DNA from: Clostridiales bacterium
GTDB lineage: Bacteria > Bacillota > Clostridia > Christensenellales > CAG-138
Direction: 5' to 3'
DNA length: 64,000 nucleotides
Assembly (NCBI GenBank): GCA_024698505.1
Contig: JAILRE010000050.1
Span: 12,663-76,662 of the forward strand
Below, piece after piece: positions 29,807 to 38,808 of the stretch; within the stretch, counting starts at the first letter, position 1, and each line of letters begins with the position of its first letter. A program made the translations under genes and the position numbers. The notes below the pieces were generated by a model. The model made no database searches. It was not told where the DNA came from and saw only the letters and a list, made by a program, of their open reading frames with translations.

Positions 29807-31471
29807 TTGAAAAGATCAGTTTTTAACGGTGATCTGCTCAGGGATATGTTCCTCATGGGAGCAGCTCTCCTTGAGCACAATAAGGCATCCATTGATGCTA
29901 TGAACGTCTTCCCCGTTCCCGACGGGGATACCGGCACCAACATGTCGATGACGATGCAGCGCGCCGTCGCCGAGATCCGTTCCTGCGACAGCGACACGGC
30001 TGAAGCGATCGCTGCAGCCGCATCCCTCGGCGCGTTAAAGGGCGCAAGGGGCAACTCCGGCGTTATCCTCTCCCAGATATTCCGCGGCATTTCTCAGTCG
30101 CTCAAGGGAAAGGGCGACGTCATCAGCGCGAGGATGCTCGCCGACGCGATGACCTCCGGCACGGAGGCCGCTTACAAGGCGGTCATGCGCCCCAAGGAGG
30201 GCACGATGCTGACCGTCTCCCGCGTTATGGCGGAGTACGCTCAGAAGGCCGCGACCGTTAGGGGCGCGGAAGCCTATGACGTTCTCGAGGCTATGCTCGA
30301 GGGCGGCGAGGACGCCCTGAAAAAGACGCCAGATCTGCTCCCCGTTCTCAAGGAAGCGGGCGTGCTCGATTCCGGCGGAACCGGTCTGCTTACTATCTTC
30401 CGCGGATTCATGCTCGCCGCCAACGGCGAGGACGCCGAATCCATGGATCTCGATCTCGCGCTTCCCGGCGAAACGCCCGAGGAGTCGGAGTATAACTCCA
30501 ACGAGAGCATAATCGCCTCCACCGACGTCAACGATATCAAGTTCGGCTACTGCAGCGAGATGTTCATAATCCATCTGCACGACGACGTGACCGAAGCGGA
30601 CGTCGACAGGTTCCGCGACAAGCTCTGCAGGCTGGGCGACAGCGTCGTGGTCGTTTACGATACCGACATCATCAAGGTCCACGTCCACTCCAACGCCCCC
30701 GGCAAGGTCATACAGTTCGCTCTCATGCTCGGCGAGATCGACAAATTGAAGGTCGACAACATGCGCGAGCAGAACCGCCAGATAAAGGAAAAGCAGAAGC
30801 GCGAGCAGAAGGAACAGGCTGTCGTCGCCGTTAGCGCGGGCGAAGGACTTGAAGAGGATCTCAAGGCTCTCGGCGTAAGCTTCGTTATCTCCGGCGGGCA
30901 GACAATGAACCCCAGCATCGACGTTATCGCTCAGGCGATCAAGAAGGTCAACGCCAAGACCGTTTTCGTCCTGCCCGATAACTCCAACATAATCCTTGCC
31001 GCGCAGCAGGCGGCCAACGTAGTCGACTGCGAGGTCATCGTCCTCCCCACCAAGACCGTTATGCAGGGCATTTCCGCTATGACGGGCTTCAACCCCGACG
31101 CCTCCGTTGAGGAGAACCGCGAGGCAATGACCGAGTGCTTCGGCAACGTGGTTTCCGGCTCCGTCACCTACGCCGTACGCGATACCTCCTATAATGGGAA
31201 CACCATCCACACGGGCGATATAATCGGACTCGTCGACAACAACATCGTAGAGGTCTGCAAGGACGTGGCGGAGTGCTCCAGAGCCCTCATAAAGAGGATC
31301 ATGGAAGCCAAGGAGGATTGCGGTTTCGTCTCCGTCTACTGGGGCGAAGGCGCCGACGAGGAGAGCGCGGAGGCTCTCGTGGCCGAACTTACCGACGAAT
31401 ATCCCGACGTTGAGTTCATGGTCAGGAAGGGCGGTCAGCCTCTCTACTATTACTACATCTCAGCAGAATAA
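29807..31471 (+). CDS. fakA: DAK2-domain fatty acid kinase subunit (YloV/FakA)
   Basis: NVFPVPDGDTGTNM, GARGNSGVILSQ, PKEGT, GGQTMNPS, GGQPLY. Confidence 0.92.
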   Translation: MKRSVFNGDLLRDMFLMGAALLEHNKASIDAMNVFPVPDGDTGTNMSMTMQRAVAEIRSCDSDTAEAIAAAASLGALKGARGNSGVILSQIFRGISQSLKGKGDVISARMLADAMTSGTEAAYKAVMRPKEGTMLTVSRVMAEYAQKAATVRGAEAYDVLEAMLEGGEDALKKTPDLLPVLKEAGVLDSGGTGLLTIFRGFMLAANGEDAESMDLDLALPGETPEESEYNSNESIIASTDVNDIKFGYCSEMFIIHLHDDVTEADVDRFRDKLCRLGDSVVVVYDTDIIKVHVHSNAPGKVIQFALMLGEIDKLKVDNMREQNRQIKEKQKREQKEQAVVAVSAGEGLEEDLKALGVSFVISGGQTMNPSIDVIAQAIKKVNAKTVFVLPDNSNIILAAQQAANVVDCEVIVLPTKTVMQGISAMTGFNPDASVEENREAMTECFGNVVSGSVTYAVRDTSYNGNTIHTGDIIGLVDNNIVEVCKDVAECSRALIKRIMEAKEDCGFVSVYWGEGADEESAEALVAELTDEYPDVEFMVRKGGQPLYYYYISAE

Positions 31472-33495
31472 TGGATCTTGAATCGAAACTGACCGATCTT
31501 AAAGGAATCGGGCCCAAACGTGCAGAAGCTCTTGCCCGCTTGGGCCTTTTCTCGATACGCGATATCCTGTTCTACGCACCGAGGGAGCATTACGATCTGC
31601 GCGAAGCGAAGAAGATCGAAGAGCTGACTCACGGCGAATACGCGATAGTGAAGATCGAAGAGATCGATAAACCGAAGATCGCCTACCCCGTTATCGGCGG
31701 AAGGAGGACTTCGCTCGTTTCGGTCAATATTTCGGACGGTACGGGCCGGCTCCGCCTCTCATGGTTCAATCAGCCCTACGCAAGGAACTCGATACCCGAA
31801 TTCGCCAACGGATACGTCCACGGCAGGGTGGATCTCTCCCGCGGGAAGGTTATGGTGAACGGCGTATTCTGCCCCTCGCCTCCCGGCATGCTGCCGGTCT
31901 ATCCGCTGACTAAAGGATTGGGCCAGGCCTCGATGCGCTCTTGCGTAAAATCCGTTATGCGCGGCGTCGATGGAGTGTACGGCGAGACTTTGCCCGAAAA
32001 AATACGCATGGAGCACGGTCTTTGCCAGCTCGGCTTCGCGCTTGAAAACCTGCATTTCCCACTCTCGCCGGAGGCTTTGGCGATAGCAAAGCGCAGGCTG
32101 TCATTTGAAAACACGCTCTATTTTACAATACTTCTTGAATCGCTGAGAGCGCGTTCCTCGCACGAGACCGGTATTTCATTCAATGTAAAAGGTCTTTTGG
32201 ACGAATACTTGAAGCTCCTTCCGTTCGCTCCGACTAACGGTCAGCTCGCCGTCATGCGAGAGCTCTCATCCGATATGGCCTCCCCCGTCCCCATGAACAG
32301 GCTCGTTCAGGGCGACGTTGGCTCTGGCAAGACCGCGATAGCGGTTTACGCTATGTTCGTAGCCGCGAGCAACGGCTGCCAGGCAGCGCTCATGGCGCCG
32401 ACCTCGATACTCGCCGAACAGCACTTTACGAAGCTTCAAAAGCTGTTCGGGGAAAACGCCGTGCTCATCACGGGGAGCATGAAAAAAGCCGAGCAGAGGG
32501 CCGCGCTTGAAAAGATCAAGAGCGGCGATGCAAGCTATATCGTGGGGACTCACTCCCTTCTGGAGAGCGGCGTGGAATTCCGCGATCTCGGCCTTGTGAT
32601 AACGGACGAACAGCACCGTTTCGGAGTGCGCCAGCGCGCTGTTCTCGGCAACAAGGGCCGCTCGCCCGACGTTCTTATTATGAGCGCGACGCCCATACCG
32701 AGAACGCTTTCCCTGATACTCTACGGCGACCTTGACGTTTCGAAGCTAACGGAGCTTCCCGGCGGCAGGAAACCCGTAACGACGCGCTTCGTTCCGCCCG
32801 AGAAACGCGCGGATATGTACCGCTACATCGAACGTGAAATAAAGGAGAGAGGCATACAGGCTTTCACCGTCTGCCCCATGATAGAGGACAACGACGAGGT
32901 CCGGCTCGCCTGCTCCGCAGAGGCAGTCTTCAAGGAGCTTAAAGAAAGGCTTACCATCTCCGTCGAACTGATACACGGCCGTATGAAGGCCGACAAGCGA
33001 GAAGAGATAATGCGCCGTTTCCGCGACGGGGAGATAGATCTGCTCGTCTCCACGACCGTTATCGAGGTTGGCGTCGACGTGCCGAACGCCTGCATAATGG
33101 CGATAGAGGCCGCGGAGCGATTCGGCTTGGCTCAGCTCCATCAGCTGAGGGGCCGCGTCGGGAGGAGCGACAAGGAGAGCTTCTGCTTCCTGCTGACCGA
33201 GAGCCGCGCCGAGAGCGTAGCCGAAAGGGTGAAAACGCTCGTCGCCTCCAACGACGGGTTCGAGATCGCCGAAAAGGATCTGATTACGAGGGGCCCGGGA
33301 GAGCTTTTGGGCATGCGTCAGCACGGCAGCTCACAGCTCCTGAACGCGCTTGCGATAAGCGACATGGATACTCTTAACGAAGCGAGGAACGAAGCTTTGA
33401 AGCTGCTTTCGAGCGGCAGGAGCGAGGAAATGGCTTTTGTCAAAAACGTGCTTGCGAAGTATTCCAAGCAGCTTGAGGATATCGCCATAAACTGA
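31471..33495 (+). CDS. recG: ATP-dependent DNA helicase RecG
   Basis: QGDVGSGKT, DEQHRFGV, MSATPIPRT, HQLRGRVGR. Confidence 0.96.
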   Translation: MDLESKLTDLKGIGPKRAEALARLGLFSIRDILFYAPREHYDLREAKKIEELTHGEYAIVKIEEIDKPKIAYPVIGGRRTSLVSVNISDGTGRLRLSWFNQPYARNSIPEFANGYVHGRVDLSRGKVMVNGVFCPSPPGMLPVYPLTKGLGQASMRSCVKSVMRGVDGVYGETLPEKIRMEHGLCQLGFALENLHFPLSPEALAIAKRRLSFENTLYFTILLESLRARSSHETGISFNVKGLLDEYLKLLPFAPTNGQLAVMRELSSDMASPVPMNRLVQGDVGSGKTAIAVYAMFVAASNGCQAALMAPTSILAEQHFTKLQKLFGENAVLITGSMKKAEQRAALEKIKSGDASYIVGTHSLLESGVEFRDLGLVITDEQHRFGVRQRAVLGNKGRSPDVLIMSATPIPRTLSLILYGDLDVSKLTELPGGRKPVTTRFVPPEKRADMYRYIEREIKERGIQAFTVCPMIEDNDEVRLACSAEAVFKELKERLTISVELIHGRMKADKREEIMRRFRDGEIDLLVSTTVIEVGVDVPNACIMAIEAAERFGLAQLHQLRGRVGRSDKESFCFLLTESRAESVAERVKTLVASNDGFEIAEKDLITRGPGELLGMRQHGSSQLLNALAISDMDTLNEARNEALKLLSSGRSEEMAFVKNVLAKYSKQLEDIAIN

Positions 33496-33509
33496 GGTAT
33501 AATGAAAAA

Positions 33510-34883
33510 ATGAGCGCACCTTTTAAGAAAAACGACGATATAACCCTGGAAATAACCGGTATGAGCAGCGAAGGCTCCGGCGTAGGCAGATACGAGGGAT
33601 TCGCGGTATTCGTGCCGTTCACCCTGCCGGGAGAAACGGTATCCGCGCATATCATAAAAGTAACGGGCTCGTACGCCGTCGGAAAGCTGATGGAGGTCAT
33701 AGTCCCCTCCCCGGAGAGGGTCGATCCCCCCTGCCCCGTATTCAAAAAATGCGGCGGGTGCACGCTTATGCACATGAGCTATCAGGCTCAGCTCGAATAC
33801 AAGAGGAACGCGGTTAGGGACGCGCTCGTTCGCCTTGGAGGGTTCAAGGATATCGAGGTGAAGCCCGTTATCGGGATGGACGAGCCCGCGCGCTACCGCA
33901 ACAAGGGGAGCTTCCCCTTCGGCAATACGGATATAGGCGTCACGTTCGGCCTTTACGCCCAGAGGAGCCACAGGCTCGTTCCCACAAGCGACTGCATAAT
34001 AGAACGCGAGACCGCCATAAGGGCCGCTGAAGCCGCCGCCGATTGGGCGAGCGCGAACGGCATACCCGCCTATGACGAGGTGACGAAGCGCGGCGTCATC
34101 CGCCACGTTGTTACAAGATCCTGCACGGGCGGAGCGGCGGTATGCGTCGTAACTACGGGAAAGCTCCCGCATAAGGACGATCTGATCGAACGTATAAAAA
34201 AAGCCGTTCCCGAAGTCAGATCGATCGTTCATAACGTGAACCCCGACGACACGAACGCCATCTGCGGAAAAGAGGACAGGCTCATTTACGGGAGCGAGAC
34301 CGTCGTTCAGAATATGGGCGGCCTTGATTTCGAGGTCAGCCGTGAAAGCTTCCTGCAGGTGAATCCCGTGCAGACCGAAAAGCTGTATTCGCTTGCCATT
34401 GAAGGGCTTGAATTGAAGGGAAACGAGACCGTCGCCGACGTTTTCTGCGGCATTGGAACTATCACGCTGATGCTCGCAAAGAGAGCAAAGAGCGCCGTAG
34501 GGATCGAATACGTCGAGAAGGCCGTGGACGACGCGAAACGCAACGCCGAACTGAACGGTATCGCAAACGCCGATTTCATCTGCGGCGCGGCGGAGACGGC
34601 GCTTCCGGAGCTGATCGGCAAAGGACGCCGGTTCGACGCCGTAACGCTCGATCCCCCGCGCAAGGGCGCCGATCCCGAAGTGCTGAAGGCCATCGCCGAG
34701 TGCGGAGCCGAAAAGATCGCTTACGTCTCCTGCTCCCCCGCCACCCTTGCAAGGGATCTTAAGCTCCTCGCCGGATACGGCTTCCGGATCGTTTCGGTTC
34801 AGCCGGTGGATATGTTCCCGATGACAAGCCACGTTGAGACGGTCGTCACCTTGTTCCAGACAAATCGACAATCAGAAGTTTGA
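33510..34883 (+). CDS. rlmD: 23S rRNA (uracil-C5)-methyltransferase RlmD/RumA
   Basis: TRAM domain, CPVFKKCGGC, SFLQVN, LDPPRKG, YVSC, DMFPMTSHVETV. Confidence 0.95.
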   Translation: MSAPFKKNDDITLEITGMSSEGSGVGRYEGFAVFVPFTLPGETVSAHIIKVTGSYAVGKLMEVIVPSPERVDPPCPVFKKCGGCTLMHMSYQAQLEYKRNAVRDALVRLGGFKDIEVKPVIGMDEPARYRNKGSFPFGNTDIGVTFGLYAQRSHRLVPTSDCIIERETAIRAAEAAADWASANGIPAYDEVTKRGVIRHVVTRSCTGGAAVCVVTTGKLPHKDDLIERIKKAVPEVRSIVHNVNPDDTNAICGKEDRLIYGSETVVQNMGGLDFEVSRESFLQVNPVQTEKLYSLAIEGLELKGNETVADVFCGIGTITLMLAKRAKSAVGIEYVEKAVDDAKRNAELNGIANADFICGAAETALPELIGKGRRFDAVTLDPPRKGADPEVLKAIAECGAEKIAYVSCSPATLARDLKLLAGYGFRIVSVQPVDMFPMTSHVETVVTLFQTNRQSEV

Positions 34884-35337
34884 ATGATAATGGAAATTCA
34901 ATTATACGAAGACAAATACAGGGACGATATTATCTTCATGGTTTTACAGGCCAAGGACGCGCTTGGGAGGCTGCCAAGGATCAATGAGGACCTGCTCGAT
35001 ATAAAGAAGAACTACTTTGACCGTGGGGATAAGTTCTGGATTGCTTTGGATGATAACGACCGGGTGATCGGCTGCGGGGGATATTCGAGGATTGAAAGAA
35101 CGAATGAAGCTTTTATCCATCGATTGTACGTAAAGGCGTCTGAAAAGCGCAAAGGCATCGGATCGGCTCTGCTTGAAACGATCGAGGCGGAAATGCGCGG
35201 CAACGGCATTTCGGTAGCGCGGGTACATCTCGGCGCTCCGCGGGAACAGTGGTTTGAGTCATATTCATTCTATCCGAAGCATGGATACGCCGAATATGAG
35301 CCACGATATATGATGAAGGAATTATAAAGACAAATCG
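34858..35337 (+). repeat. 10-bp direct repeat AGACAAATCG at 34858-34867 and 35328-35337, flanking the first GNAT gene
   Basis: Exact match read from the sequence. The second copy begins right after the stop codon and continues into the palindrome CAAAT-CGGA-ATTTG. Confidence 0.7.
34884..35327 (+). CDS. GNAT N-acetyltransferase
   Basis: VIGCGG, RLYV...KRKGIGSALL, FYPKHGY. Confidence 0.88.
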   Translation: MIMEIQLYEDKYRDDIIFMVLQAKDALGRLPRINEDLLDIKKNYFDRGDKFWIALDDNDRVIGCGGYSRIERTNEAFIHRLYVKASEKRKGIGSALLETIEAEMRGNGISVARVHLGAPREQWFESYSFYPKHGYAEYEPRYMMKEL

Positions 35338-35357
35338 GAATTTGGAAAGGCAGTTAA

Positions 35358-36221
35358 ATGGAATACATAATCGAGGATCTGACAAAAGAAGAAGCCGAAT
35401 ACATCGGCAGGAAGATCGATGAAATCGTACCGCACGAAGTGGATGCTGATTCGGAAGAATTCGTTCTCAAAGTCGAGAACGAAAACGGCGAGATCATCGG
35501 CGGCTGTATCGTAGAAGCATACGAATACCACTGGTCGAGAGTTCTTCTTGAAGAGCTTTGGGTAGATGAACGCTATCGACATCAGGGACTTGGATCTATG
35601 ATCCTACGCGAGGTCGAGCGTATTGCAAGAGAGAAGGGCTGTCGGGTCGTTACGCTCGGAACCGCCAGTTATATGGCAAGACCGTTCTATGAGAAACATG
35701 GCTATACGGTATTTACGACGCTGAAAAAGGCAAATGGCTATATCAGTTATTCATTGGTCAAGTATTTGGACAGGGACACGCCCGACTATGTGCCGACAAA
35801 CAACAGCGGTACGCGGTTCAAGGTTTCCTATGGCAATGAGGACGATGCAGATGTGATACAAGACGGCCTTGACACATACGACGAAGCCTACGAGCCGAAA
35901 TACGAAAATGTTGGCTTTTATAAAAAACTTGTGGACGAAGACGGCAGGTTTTCGGCAGGCGTGATCGCTGACGTTGACAAAGGTGAGAGCGGCTTTGTTG
36001 AAGCACTGTTTGTGGAAGAGCCGCTGAGACTTCAAGGTCTGGGCACATGTCTTTTGAAGGAAGCGGAAGAATTCGCAAAGGGAAACGGTGCGTATGTAGT
36101 TTTAACAAGCGCAGGCGACTGGAACGTCGATTTCTTCAAAAAGAACGGCTATTTGATCAGAGGTGAACTCAAAGACGTTCCGAAAGGACACAATTGCTAC
36201 GAGCTTTACAAAATGATTTGA
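35358..36221 (+). CDS. Tandem two-domain GNAT acetyltransferase
   Basis: LWVDERYRHQGLG...FYEKHGY and LFVEEPLRLQGLG...FFKKNGY. Confidence 0.88.
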   Translation: MEYIIEDLTKEEAEYIGRKIDEIVPHEVDADSEEFVLKVENENGEIIGGCIVEAYEYHWSRVLLEELWVDERYRHQGLGSMILREVERIAREKGCRVVTLGTASYMARPFYEKHGYTVFTTLKKANGYISYSLVKYLDRDTPDYVPTNNSGTRFKVSYGNEDDADVIQDGLDTYDEAYEPKYENVGFYKKLVDEDGRFSAGVIADVDKGESGFVEALFVEEPLRLQGLGTCLLKEAEEFAKGNGAYVVLTSAGDWNVDFFKKNGYLIRGELKDVPKGHNCYELYKMI

Positions 36222-36244
36222 GAAGAGGAAAAGGAGAACAATTC

Positions 36245-36734
36245 ATGAGATTAGTTGATATCACAAGCGAAAACTGGGAAGACGTTATTATTTCTGACAA
36301 CAAACGAAACCATAACGGTCAAGGGCAGCAGAGGGCCGTATGAAGCGAAAGGCATGCCGTCGCTGTGTGAGGATTTTGTGGCATCCAATGCCTTGTCCAT
36401 CGTACAGTCCGTGTACGAGGACGGCTGGGTCATTAAGGCAATCGAACATGAAGGGGAACTGATCGGCTTCACCATGTTCGGTTGGAACGAAGAGGAAGAG
36501 TTTTACGAACTGTGCAGGATCATGATCGATTTGCATTATCAGAATAAGGGCTATGGGACCCAAGCGATCAAAATGATCCCGGATGAGATGAAGTCCCGTT
36601 TCGGATGCAGGGAAGTCTATCTGTCCACAGACCCTGAAAACGCTGTCGGAATGCACGTATATGGAAAAGTCGGGTTCAAGTCAGAAAACAGAATGGTCGA
36701 TGACGAAGAACTGTTCAAGATCATATTTGACTGA
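36245..36734 (+). pseudogene. Frameshifted GNAT (SpeG/BltD-like)
   Basis: AAGGAG RBS and ATG at 36245 give MRLVDITSENWEDVI; the GNAT body (FVASNALSIVQS, IMID..YQNKGYG) is in the +1 frame. Confidence 0.7.
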
Positions 36735-36856
36735 ATCGTTATGAGTCTGTCGATCTGTTTCCGAATCGGCAATTCATGAATACGGTCGCTCAGTTATCCC
36801 GCTGAAATAATGAACGTCAGTTTTTCAGACCAAGCGAAGAAAAAGGAGGATGCAAT

Positions 36857-37162
36857 ATGAAGCTGTCGATGATATTCAAAGAAAAACCAAAGCAATGGGG
36901 CTTTCGCGGGGATCCGTATTTCTGGGATCATCTCCGAAAGAAGGCTGAAAACATGGAACTGATCACTCCCGACGAACTCGAGGAGTGGATAAAAGCGGAA
37001 TACCTTTCGGTTTCGGGCAAGGCTTTGACAGACGAATACGGCGATTTTGCCGTTGTCGACGAATTCGCTCACGGGGGAATGAGCTCCGGCGGAGTCGATA
37101 ACATTTGGTGGATGGAAAATGGCATACCTCTGCTGAAGAGCAGGCTCGCCGCGCTCCTGTAA
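36857..37162 (+). CDS. Hypothetical protein (QWGFRGDPYFW and HGGMSSG motifs)
   Basis: Strong AAGGAGG RBS; 101 aa with protein-like composition. Confidence 0.8.
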   Translation: MKLSMIFKEKPKQWGFRGDPYFWDHLRKKAENMELITPDELEEWIKAEYLSVSGKALTDEYGDFAVVDEFAHGGMSSGGVDNIWWMENGIPLLKSRLAALL

Positions 37163-37279
37163 GCCCACAGCCGCTCCGGTAATAAATGAAACAGATTTAT
37201 AAAATCAAGTAATTAATCGGCGTTTGGCTCTGCGCCGAGAACGGCGAAACAGTAAGCAATGACGCAAGGAGATCCCGAA

Positions 37280-38059
37280 ATGGTTTGCGAGCTTCATGAC
37301 ACGGCAAAAGCCGAAGCTCTATTTAAGGGCATGGAGGATTCTTTGATCCTCTCCTGCCTGCAGAATATGATGGACGGAAAGATATACGTGACCGATCCCG
37401 AGGACCCGAGATCCGCTATGGCGTATGTCGCGGGCTTCGCGTTTTACGCGGGATCACCCGACGAGGAGCTTGCGGCCTTCACTCCGAACGGATCCTTCGA
37501 AATGGTCGCGCAGGACGAAGCCTGGGCAAGGCTGCTGAAAGATAAGCACCCCTGCGCAGTTACGTACACCCGCTACGCGATCAAAAAGGATACTAAGTTC
37601 GACCGAAAAAAGCTCGAAGCTCTGGCGGCTTCGCTTCCTTCCGGGTATGAAATAAGAAGGATAGACGCCGATCTTTACCGCGTTTGCCTGCAAAACGAGC
37701 TGTTCGAGTGCTGCGTATCGAACTTCGCATCGGAACGGGACTATCTGGAACACGGGCGCGGATTTGCCGTGATGAAGGACGGCGATATGGTTTCCTCCGC
37801 CTCGTCCTACTCCGTGTACCGCGAGGGAGTCGAAGTCGAGATAGATACCGTTGAGGAGGAACGCCGCAGGGGGCTTGCATCCGCCGTCGCGGCAAAGCTT
37901 ATTCTTTCCTGTCTCGACGACGGTCTTTATCCCAGCTGGGACGCCGCGAATATGGAATCGGTGCGTCTTGCTCAAAAGCTCGGCTACGAGCTCAAAGGCG
38001 AATACAAAACGCTTTTTGTGAGAGACGTCTGCGATCATGCCGTCGATCCGGGCAAATGA
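37280..38059 (+). CDS. GNAT acetyltransferase (GNAT_acetyltran-like)
   Basis: SASSYS, EVEIDT..EERRRGLA, YPSWDAAN..S..LAQKLGY; AAGGAG RBS before the ATG at 37280. Confidence 0.85.
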   Translation: MVCELHDTAKAEALFKGMEDSLILSCLQNMMDGKIYVTDPEDPRSAMAYVAGFAFYAGSPDEELAAFTPNGSFEMVAQDEAWARLLKDKHPCAVTYTRYAIKKDTKFDRKKLEALAASLPSGYEIRRIDADLYRVCLQNELFECCVSNFASERDYLEHGRGFAVMKDGDMVSSASSYSVYREGVEVEIDTVEEERRRGLASAVAAKLILSCLDDGLYPSWDAANMESVRLAQKLGYELKGEYKTLFVRDVCDHAVDPGK

Positions 38060-38138
38060 ATATGGACGCGTGATCGGAGACGCCTGCATTATTATAGACG
38101 GCCTCACCTTCTGAAAATCTGTAAAGCTAGGCTATGTA

Positions 38139-38414
38139 ATGGTCATATACGACTATGATATCCCGGAATACGATATCTGGCATATGATGATGGACAGCTC
38201 GGAGCAGGGCAAGGGTTACGGCAAAGAAGCTCTCAACAGGGTTCTCGAATACATCAGTACGAAGCCCTTCGGCAATTCGGACAGAGCAGCCCTGACATGC
38301 GGGAAGAACAATACAGTGGCTATGAAGCTTTATGAAAGAATGGGCTTCTCGGCAACCGGCGCGGAGGATGAAGACGAGATAGAAATGGCTCTGACGCTTT
38401 CACAGCATAAATAG
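38139..38414 (+). pseudogene. N-terminally truncated GNAT fragment
   Basis: Begins mid-fold (GYVMVIYD...IWHMMMD..EQGKGYG...N..A..LYE..GF); no RBS and an in-frame stop 8 codons upstream. Confidence 0.65.
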
Positions 38415-38447
38415 CCGTTCGTATCAGATCAATAAAAGGAGGCAAAT

Positions 38448-38759
38448 ATGGATCGCATCACAAGGATAAAAAAGATGGAGGAATGCCTTAACGTTTCGGA
38501 AAAGGCGTTGGACAGGGCTACCGAAGCCCTCGACGAGCTTGAAAAGTCGATGAAGGCCTTCGACAAGCTCAGTAAGTATTACGGAAGCACGCTGTGGATG
38601 TCGGATTTCGAGGCCGACGAGGCCGGCAAGCTTCCCGAGGATCTTAAAAGGGGCGTGCTTTCGGAGGACGCGGCATACAACGTGATCGTCGGCTACCGCG
38701 ATATGACCGTCAGAATGATGAGGATCGCTGCGACGCTGACCGAGAACGTGCTTATGTAA
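38448..38759 (+). CDS. DUF4298-like protein
   Basis: RIKKME...YYGS.LW..DFEADEAGKLP.DLKRGVLSEDA.YN; AAGGAGG RBS. Confidence 0.75.
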   Translation: MDRITRIKKMEECLNVSEKALDRATEALDELEKSMKAFDKLSKYYGSTLWMSDFEADEAGKLPEDLKRGVLSEDAAYNVIVGYRDMTVRMMRIAATLTENVLM

Positions 38760-38762
38760 ACG

Positions 38763-38803
38763 AAAAACAGCTCTTCGAAGTTATCGAAGAGCTGTTTTAT
38801 TTT
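38763..38803. terminator. Bidirectional intrinsic terminator
   Basis: AAAACAGCTCTTCGA-5 nt-TCGAAGAGCTGTTTT. Confidence 0.88.
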
Positions 38804-38808
38804 GCTAA

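Larger units (their letters stand above)
34858..38759 (+). other. Candidate accessory cassette region at the rlmD 3' end (GNAT-rich, co-oriented, partly decayed)
   Basis: Seven short same-strand genes, five GNAT-like and two damaged; AT-richer by eye in 34880-37250; boundary repeats; no recombinase in the window. Confidence 0.55.

Noticed and set aside
34830-34856. Intact ICE/IME with a duplicated rlmD 3' attachment site
   Set aside because: I found no second copy of CACGTTGAGACGGT downstream and no recombinase, relaxase or conjugation genes.
38408-38422. TAAATAGCCGTTCGT as a boundary motif copy
   Set aside because: Too divergent from the other copies to count.
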